A stretch of 64,000 nt of DNA, taken from the IMG/VR virus record IMGVR_UViG_3300042564_005422; one strand, written 5' to 3'. Below are positions 58,787 to 64,000 of the stretch, one piece after another (position 1 is the first letter of the stretch; each line of letters starts with the position of its first letter). Source of the stretch: an uncultured virus (IMG/VR IMGVR_UViG_3300042564_005422). Lineage: Duplodnaviria > Heunggongvirae > Uroviricota > Caudoviricetes. A program made the translations under genes and the position numbers. The notes beneath the pieces are model-generated. The model made no database searches, had not been told where the DNA came from, and saw only the letters and a list, made by a program, of their open reading frames with translations.

Positions 58787-58855
58787 ATTTTTTTAATAAA
58801 TACTTGTATAAGTAAGAATATATTTATATCTTTACACAATAGTTCTTTGATTTAT

Positions 58856-59248
58856 GGGGATGTTTTTGGCTTTGACAGGTATGATACGCCATAAAACGCA
58901 CGTCGGAGCTGAGTTAACTCCGTTAAACTGATTCAAATTATAAACGGCAACGTTATCAACAAACTTTCTACAATCGGTTTAATCCGTACTGAAGAAGTAT
59001 CTGTAGCTTAATTTAAAATTAACCTACTAGGGGTCGGCAGACATACAACCTTGCAACAGAAGTCGTAGTTGTGGTGTGGTTTCTACCCAAAAAGAAACAA
59101 AGTGGAGGATTAGTTCTCAGTAAACCGAACCACTATAAAATAAGGGAATTGTGAAGTTTCGGATTGTTTAGAAAAACAATGACCTAAACGTGTAGTGTTT
59201 TATGTCTTACTTATTTGGACCCGGGTTCGACCCCCGGCATCTCCACCA
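58856..59248 (+). ncRNA. ssrA: tmRNA
   Basis: 5' GGGGATG pairs with 3' CATCTCC-ACCA, giving the G3:U alanine identity pair. It has a T-arm (CCGGG-TTCGACC-CCCGG), a length of 393 nt and an internal tag frame at 58946-59011. Confidence 0.93.
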
Positions 59249-59251
59249 AAT

Positions 59252-59277
59252 AATAAAGGGACTTCGGTCCCTTTATT
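59252..59277. terminator. Bidirectional terminator after tmRNA
   Basis: AATAAAGGGAC-TTCG-GTCCCTTTATT. Confidence 0.85.
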
Positions 59278-59677
59278 TTATTTCTTTTATAGACGTTATC
59301 TCAACACCCTTACCTTTATTTTTTAAGGTAATTTCTTGTTCGTTAGGATACAATATATTATTTTCAAGTGTTGAAAAAAAATCAATCTGATTTCTTTTAG
59401 CCTTTACAGTTATTAAGAATTTTTTTTCACCATACCCTGTGGTAAAATTATGAGAACTCATTAAATCTTTTTTAGAATGACTGTAGTGAGAACCAGGTAA
59501 TTTAGTATTAATATCTTCTTTGTTATCAACACTTATAATTCTATATAATATAATTTCTTCAGGTAAATTTTCTAAATGTTTTTTTAAATATCTCATCTCT
59601 GATTTAATATCTTCATTACTAAATCCCATTTGAGACAATAATTCTTTAAGTCTTTTTATTTGTTCTTTATCAAACAT
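59273..59677 (-). CDS. Hypothetical protein, possibly ADP-ribosyltransferase-like fold
   Basis: LYR...GSHYS...NEQEITL gives an R-S-ExE-like order. Confidence 0.5.
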   Translation of the reverse strand: MFDKEQIKRLKELLSQMGFSNEDIKSEMRYLKKHLENLPEEIILYRIISVDNKEDINTKLPGSHYSHSKKDLMSSHNFTTGYGEKKFLITVKAKRNQIDFFSTLENNILYPNEQEITLKNKGKGVEITSIKEIK

Positions 59678-59683
59678 AACAAA

Positions 59684-60427
59684 CTATAGTCTTAATAATT
59701 CTTTTATCCTTAATATCTCTTCATTTAATTTTTTAGACTCCGTAACTGCACCAATCATTTTAACTCCAGTGCCCAGTAAACTTGGTTCATCTTCTTCCTC
59801 TTCTCCACCTGTCGAGTCAGGTAATGATTTATTTGGGTCAATGTCAATATCTTTAGATTTTTTCCCCCCATTATTGTCCACATTATTATTTTTCCCATCT
59901 TTTTTTATTTCAGTATCAACTGGTTCAGATGGTTCCTTAGATTTTTCTCCGTAAAACTCGGCACATGGGTCGTATTCGTCAACACCAAAGGCTTTAGCTG
60001 GTAATCCAACAATACTTCTAGCAATACATCTAGCTTTTTGTTTTGATGATAATGTAGTTTCTTTTGTCTTACCAAATTCTTTACCTATAAAATCTTTAGC
60101 GCTAGTATATGAACCACCATCTTTAACTTTAAAAATTACTTCTTCATCGGTTTTACCAATTACAGTTGACTGAGTAACTTCTTGTTTTTCTTTTACTTTA
60201 ATTTTACCGTCAATCTCATATATTGAAATAAAGTCTTTACCAACATAATCTTTATGTTTAATTGTTACTTCCTCATCGTCAATTTTTGACACAATACCAG
60301 GTAAACATGGGTACACTGAATAATCATTACCATCCGTAACCTCAAATAAAATTCCTTTATCTGAAGTATCCTTTTGTCTAATTCCCACACCTCCTATCGG
60401 GGCTTTAACTTTGTAATTACCTGTCAT
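59684..60427 (-). CDS. Degenerate M23-like domain protein
   Basis: VYP..PG.V...V.IKH...VK..Q.V.Q..VIG resembles the M23 fold, but the HxxxD and HxH ligands are missing. Confidence 0.55.
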   Translation of the reverse strand: MTGNYKVKAPIGGVGIRQKDTSDKGILFEVTDGNDYSVYPCLPGIVSKIDDEEVTIKHKDYVGKDFISIYEIDGKIKVKEKQEVTQSTVIGKTDEEVIFKVKDGGSYTSAKDFIGKEFGKTKETTLSSKQKARCIARSIVGLPAKAFGVDEYDPCAEFYGEKSKEPSEPVDTEIKKDGKNNNVDNNGGKKSKDIDIDPNKSLPDSTGGEEEEDEPSLLGTGVKMIGAVTESKKLNEEILRIKELLRL

Positions 60428-61656
60428 TTTATAAATTTTTTAAAACTTTTTAATTCGTTTTCAATTAAAGGTTTTAATTTTTCAATTGATTCCTTTTTTG
60501 TAGTTGGAGCTTGTGTTTGGGTACCTGTTAATGTGTTAATAATATTTTTAACGTAATTTTTAGCCTGATTTCTAGAGTCACTTGAGGTTTGAGCTAAAGG
60601 ATTTACTGTCTTTCCATCATTTTTAGAAGGAGTAGAAGTTTGAGTCTTATTTGGAGTTTGTGAACTATAAGGTTGGGTAATTAATTTTTTATCTGACCCT
60701 GTCATACCTAATTTATCACCCTTATTTATATTAACACCCATTTGTTTATCTAAGCTACCATTCCAATAATAAGCGGTATTACCAATTTTTATTGCCTGAG
60801 TATAACTTCCTTTAGTGACACCCGTGATAGTACCAGTGTCTTGAGCAATAACATCTGACCCTGTATATGTAATCACGTTACCATTTGCAACTCTTGAGGT
60901 ACATGGTTTAACGGGTAGTGAATTAGGGTCATACGGTCCGCAAGTTTTACCGTCATTATTATCATTATTACTACCTGTGTCAATTTTAAAAGTCGGAATT
61001 AGTTCTTCTATAATTTCTCTAACTCTAAATATTTCATTTACAACCTCATTTTCAATAGACGAATTTTTATCTATTCCAAATAATTTTTTTATTAAATCTT
61101 TAGCAACTTGTCTTGATGTTTTCTTTGTATCACCTGTGTCCATATCTAAATCACCATCCTTTTCTAACTCATCTTTATATTTGTCCAAATCAACTTCACT
61201 CGGTAACTCAGTTTGTTCCCCACCTACAGAATTTTTATAATAAGGCATTGGGTCAACAGTACTTCCATTTTCGTAAACTTCAAAATGAATATGTGGACCC
61301 GTGGACCCACCTCGTCCTGGGTCACCTTTACCTCCACCTGATTTTGCGATAACATCACCTTGTTTGACAATGTCACCTTTTTTCTTTAAAAGTTTACTAC
61401 AGTGACAAAATCTAGTGTATAATTTTTTACCATTTACAACTCCGTGAGAAACTTTTATAGTACCTCCACAAGCGTCGCTTCTAATTTCACTATCGATAAT
61501 TATACCATCCGCAATTGAATAAATGTCATGACCTGTCGATACTGGAATGTCAATTCCATGGTGCATTTTCATTCTTTTATGAATAGGGTGCATTTTCATA
61601 CCATATCCTCTGGTAATTTTTTTCTCACCCGCATTTGTAACTTGGTTGAATTTCAT
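60424..61656 (-). CDS. M23 peptidoglycan endopeptidase with a C-terminal extension
   Basis: HHGIDI, HCS, V.QG.VIA.SG, STGPHIHFE and VDP. Confidence 0.9.
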   Translation of the reverse strand: MKFNQVTNAGEKKITRGYGMKMHPIHKRMKMHHGIDIPVSTGHDIYSIADGIIIDSEIRSDACGGTIKVSHGVVNGKKLYTRFCHCSKLLKKKGDIVKQGDVIAKSGGGKGDPGRGGSTGPHIHFEVYENGSTVDPMPYYKNSVGGEQTELPSEVDLDKYKDELEKDGDLDMDTGDTKKTSRQVAKDLIKKLFGIDKNSSIENEVVNEIFRVREIIEELIPTFKIDTGSNNDNNDGKTCGPYDPNSLPVKPCTSRVANGNVITYTGSDVIAQDTGTITGVTKGSYTQAIKIGNTAYYWNGSLDKQMGVNINKGDKLGMTGSDKKLITQPYSSQTPNKTQTSTPSKNDGKTVNPLAQTSSDSRNQAKNYVKNIINTLTGTQTQAPTTKKESIEKLKPLIENELKSFKKFIK

Positions 61657-61721
61657 ATATTATAAATATATTATTCATTATAAATGTTGTGTATTTCATT
61701 TTTTTTTTGTAACTTTGTAAT

Positions 61722-61895
61722 ATGTATCGTTCATCATATGGAAAAATATTAGGAGGGATTTGCTCAGGGATTTCTGAGAAATTTGGAATACCCTCATTTA
61801 TTGTTAGATTAATTTTTTTATATTTGTTATTTTCTACAAGTATTCCAGTTGTTACTATTTATATTGTGATGTGGATAATGCTACCATCAAGATAG
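61722..61895 (+). CDS. pspC: PspC-domain membrane protein (57 aa, below the ORF-track cutoff)
   Basis: MYRSSYGKILGGICSGISEKFGIPSFIVRLIFLYLLFSTSIPVVTIYIVMWIMLPSR matches YR...I.GVC.G.AE.FG....VRL.F...Y...W...P. Preceded by TTG-N20-TAACTTTG. Confidence 0.85.
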   Translation: MYRSSYGKILGGICSGISEKFGIPSFIVRLIFLYLLFSTSIPVVTIYIVMWIMLPSR

Positions 61896-61899
61896 AATT

Positions 61900-62091
61900 A
61901 TGAATAGTACTGAATATGTTATTTTACCTGTTGAGGTGTTAGAATCTTTAAAAGATTTTGACACTTGGAAAGATTTTAAAAACGATTCTGATTTTTTAAA
62001 AGATAAAGATATTCAAATTATTAAAAAATCTAAATTAAAAATATCTGTGGACCCTTGTCCATGGGACAATTATAGTGGAACACATTTTTAA
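61900..62091 (+). CDS. Hypothetical protein
   Basis: 63-aa ORF in the pspC operon. Confidence 0.6.
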   Translation: MNSTEYVILPVEVLESLKDFDTWKDFKNDSDFLKDKDIQIIKKSKLKISVDPCPWDNYSGTHF

Positions 62092-62093
62092 AT

Positions 62094-62267
62094 ATGTATT
62101 GTATAGTAAAATATATCAAAGTTGATAAAAAAGAATTACCTGTAATAATTTTAAATTCTCAGGATGAAGTTCTTGAATTTGACTCAAGTGAACAAGCTGA
62201 AGATTTTAAAAACATTCTTCAGATGAATTCAGATTCGGGACATAGGTATACTATTAAAAAAATTTGA
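62094..62267 (+). CDS. Hypothetical protein (57 aa, not in the track)
   Basis: MYCIVKYIKVDKKELPVIILNSQDEVLEFDSSEQAEDFKNILQMNSDSGHRYTIKKI fills the gap before the tRNA promoter. Confidence 0.6.
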   Translation: MYCIVKYIKVDKKELPVIILNSQDEVLEFDSSEQAEDFKNILQMNSDSGHRYTIKKI

Positions 62268-62306
62268 TACTTCTATTTTTTTATTTATATTTGTATTAAT
62301 AAAATC

Positions 62307-62381
62307 GCCCCTGTAGGTAAAGGGATATACCCACTGCCTTCTAAGCAGTTATTTCTGGTTCGAGTCCAGACGGGGGTACCA
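62307..62381 (+). tRNA. tRNA-Arg (anticodon UCU)
   Basis: Acceptor stem GCCCCTG/CGGGGGT plus ACCA; anticodon arm ACTGC-CTTCTAA-GCAGT; T-arm TCTGG-TTCGAGT-CCAGA. Confidence 0.93.
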
Positions 62382-62385
62382 TAAC

Positions 62386-62412
62386 AAAAAAGAGGACAAA
62401 GTCCTCTTTTTT
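62386..62412. terminator. Bidirectional terminator
   Basis: AAAAAAGAGGAC-AAA-GTCCTCTTTTTT. Confidence 0.85.
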
Positions 62413-63182
62413 TAATCTTTATCATTAATGTGGGTGTCAGAAATATAGTTACCATTACCATAAAATTCAGGAGTCCTGTTATATTCATAAAAATGAATAT
62501 CGTTACGATATAACTCACTGTTTTCCACAATATTTCTCGTATCGGTGTATAATACTATTGTTTTTTTTCTATTCTCAATAGTATTAATATCTCCTGATGT
62601 TACAACATCATCTTTCTCATACATTTCACAAACTTCAAGTGTATTTGGGCCGTATGATGCACAATAATACTGTTCAATTTCATAAGTGTCATCAATGTTT
62701 ATGTATCCTTGGCCTTCACATCTGTCACAAGTCTCTTGTCCACTACCACCACAATAGTCACATTGAAAATCACCTTCACCATCACATCTGTCACAAGTAT
62801 CACCATCTGAATCTTCACCATCACCATCACATTCATCACAATCAACCTTACCATTACCATCGCAATTACTACAATCGACCGTTCCATTACCGTAACAGTC
62901 AGAACACTCCTCATCAACCTCGTCACTTTCAATTGTATAATACGTAAATGTGAATAAACTTGACATTATATTATCAAATTGAGTTTCTCTTTGACTTTCA
63001 GGTATTGAAACTAAAAAACAAATAATGACAATGTGGCCATTTGGTTGTCTAAATAAAAAACTATATTGTTCATCCTTTCTTAGTTGATTATACGCATCAC
63101 CAGGTAACATTTTACCTGAATATTTTTTTAGAATAGTTTTTCCTAATCTATTTGCTAATGAAATTAATTTATTTTTATCCAT
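62412..63182 (-). CDS. Protein with six DnaJ-type CxxCxGxG zinc-finger repeats and no J domain
   Basis: CSDCYGNG, CSNCDGNG, CDECDGDG, CDRCDGEG, CDYCGGSG and CDRCEGQG; no HPD motif. Confidence 0.8.
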   Translation of the reverse strand: MDKNKLISLANRLGKTILKKYSGKMLPGDAYNQLRKDEQYSFLFRQPNGHIVIICFLVSIPESQRETQFDNIMSSLFTFTYYTIESDEVDEECSDCYGNGTVDCSNCDGNGKVDCDECDGDGEDSDGDTCDRCDGEGDFQCDYCGGSGQETCDRCEGQGYINIDDTYEIEQYYCASYGPNTLEVCEMYEKDDVVTSGDINTIENRKKTIVLYTDTRNIVENSELYRNDIHFYEYNRTPEFYGNGNYISDTHINDKD

Positions 63183-63249
63183 ATCAAATAAATATAAATG
63201 ATAAGTGTATTTTGAAAAATCAAATATTGTTTTTATATTTGTATCAATT

Positions 63250-63738
63250 ATGAATTCAGTTTTAGTTTTAAACTCAGATTATTCCCCAATAAATGTAACT
63301 TCTTTTAAAAGAGGTTTTAATTTATTATATAAAGGTAAAGCTGAAGCGGTTAAAAGTTCTGATGAGTTAATTTATTGTGGTTTATATGTTATCAATAAAC
63401 CAATTATAATTCGTTTAAATAATTACGTTAAGTATAAATTCAGAAAAATGAGAGTTAACCGTCATAGAATTATGAGACGAGATGGTCACACTTGCGTTTA
63501 TTGTGGAAGTAAAAAAAATTTAACAATTGACCACATTTTACCAAAAAGTAAAGGTGGAGGAAATACTTGGTCAAATCTTGTAACTTGTTGTAGTCCGTGT
63601 AATTTAAAAAAAGGTGACAAACTACTTCATGAATCAGGATTAAAAATGATAACACTCCCTTCTGAACCTAATATCTTTTATGATTCGTCGACTGAAAAAT
63701 TAAAAAGAATTTACGAAGAATTTTTACAAAGTTTTTAA
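63250..63738 (+). CDS. HNH endonuclease (McrA-like)
   Basis: VLVLN.DY.P, RDGHTCVYCG, TIDHILPKSKGG..TW.NLV.CC..CN.KK. Start moved to ATG 63250. Confidence 0.9.
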   Translation: MNSVLVLNSDYSPINVTSFKRGFNLLYKGKAEAVKSSDELIYCGLYVINKPIIIRLNNYVKYKFRKMRVNRHRIMRRDGHTCVYCGSKKNLTIDHILPKSKGGGNTWSNLVTCCSPCNLKKGDKLLHESGLKMITLPSEPNIFYDSSTEKLKRIYEEFLQSF

Positions 63739-63743
63739 AAACA

Positions 63744-63769
63744 ATAAAGGTGACTCTCGTCACCTTTAT
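63744..63769. terminator. Hairpin/terminator between convergent genes
   Basis: ATAAAGGTGAC-TCTC-GTCACCTTTAT. Confidence 0.7.
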
Positions 63770-63841
63770 CGTAGATTTAAATACCCCCTTTGAAATATAT
63801 GGTTTATATTGAGAACTTCTCAGTTCATCAATTTTTTTAAG

Positions 63842-64000
63842 TTACTTAAATACTACTGGTTTTGTGTCTTTCCCTCTACTATAAGCGGGAAGTTCTTTTT
63901 TACGTTGGTCTATTTTTTCCTGTGTTATCCCATCACCAAATAATCCTCCTAACCATCCCATTGCATCACAAACAATTTTTCTAACGGTACCTTTCATACT
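63842..64000 (-). CDS. C-terminus of a hypothetical protein entering from beyond the window
   Basis: Open frame ...SMKGTVRKIVCDAMGWLGGLFGDG...KPVVFK-stop. Confidence 0.55.
   Translation of the reverse strand, partial: SMKGTVRKIVCDAMGWLGGLFGDGITQEKIDQRKKELPAYSRGKDTKPVVFK

Noticed and set aside
1751..63655. Short antisense or nested ORFs in the track (e.g. 1751-2248, 17548-17898, 44507-44863, 54743-55138, 59202-59390, 62285-62530, 62597-62947)
   Set aside because: They are shadows of well-supported genes or RNA genes and have no motifs of their own.
63250..63738. Intron- or intein-associated homing element, or a Cas nuclease
   Set aside because: It is a free-standing HNH gene with its own promoter and terminator; terminase, portal and capsid genes appear uninterrupted, and no CRISPR repeats were seen.
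63808..63832. Hammerhead ribozyme suggested by TTGATGA plus a hairpin on the minus strand
   Set aside because: The required GAAA after stem II and the other stems are absent.
1..64000. Stop-codon reassignment as seen in some large phages
   Set aside because: Core genes are full length in the standard code, and TAG and TGA end genes at sensible boundaries (e.g. 59684, 61895, 62267).

Overview
This 64-kb window is an AT-rich segment of a large T4-like tailed dsDNA phage read in the standard genetic code. The host is probably Bacteroidota, inferred from TTG-N19/20-TAnnTTTG promoters, the apparent lack of Shine-Dalgarno sites, a Bacteroidota-like bS21 and a DUF4494-like gene. From left to right it holds: (1) a truncated protein with mucin-like TPTQ repeats (1-1310, absent from the ORF track); (2) a ~22-kb soluble glycan-biosynthesis cluster (4026-25800) with nine glycosyltransferase genes, a Gmd/ColD/ColC GDP-colitose route and an unusual GmhA-NeuB-HAD-NeuA ulosonic-acid route, but no export machinery; (3) a gp55-like sigma factor and probable baseplate/virion genes; (4) peptidoglycan hydrolases; (5) the head module (terminase, portal, prohead protease, scaffold, major capsid protein) with an antisense ribosomal protein bS21 gene inside it; (6) a translation/proteostasis group (ClpC-like ATPase lacking the N-domain, a peptidase, a tmRNA with a non-canonical tag, tRNA-Arg(UCU), PspC). 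The best candidates for an undescribed system are phage-encoded glycosylation of mucin-like virion proteins, possibly with a novel higher-carbon ulosonic acid; a TATTTAT motif sitting just upstream of late-gene start codons; and a shared amphipathic helix ending in [ILV]-x-E that may target cargo to the capsid. All family assignments are from motif recognition by eye; no database searches were run.
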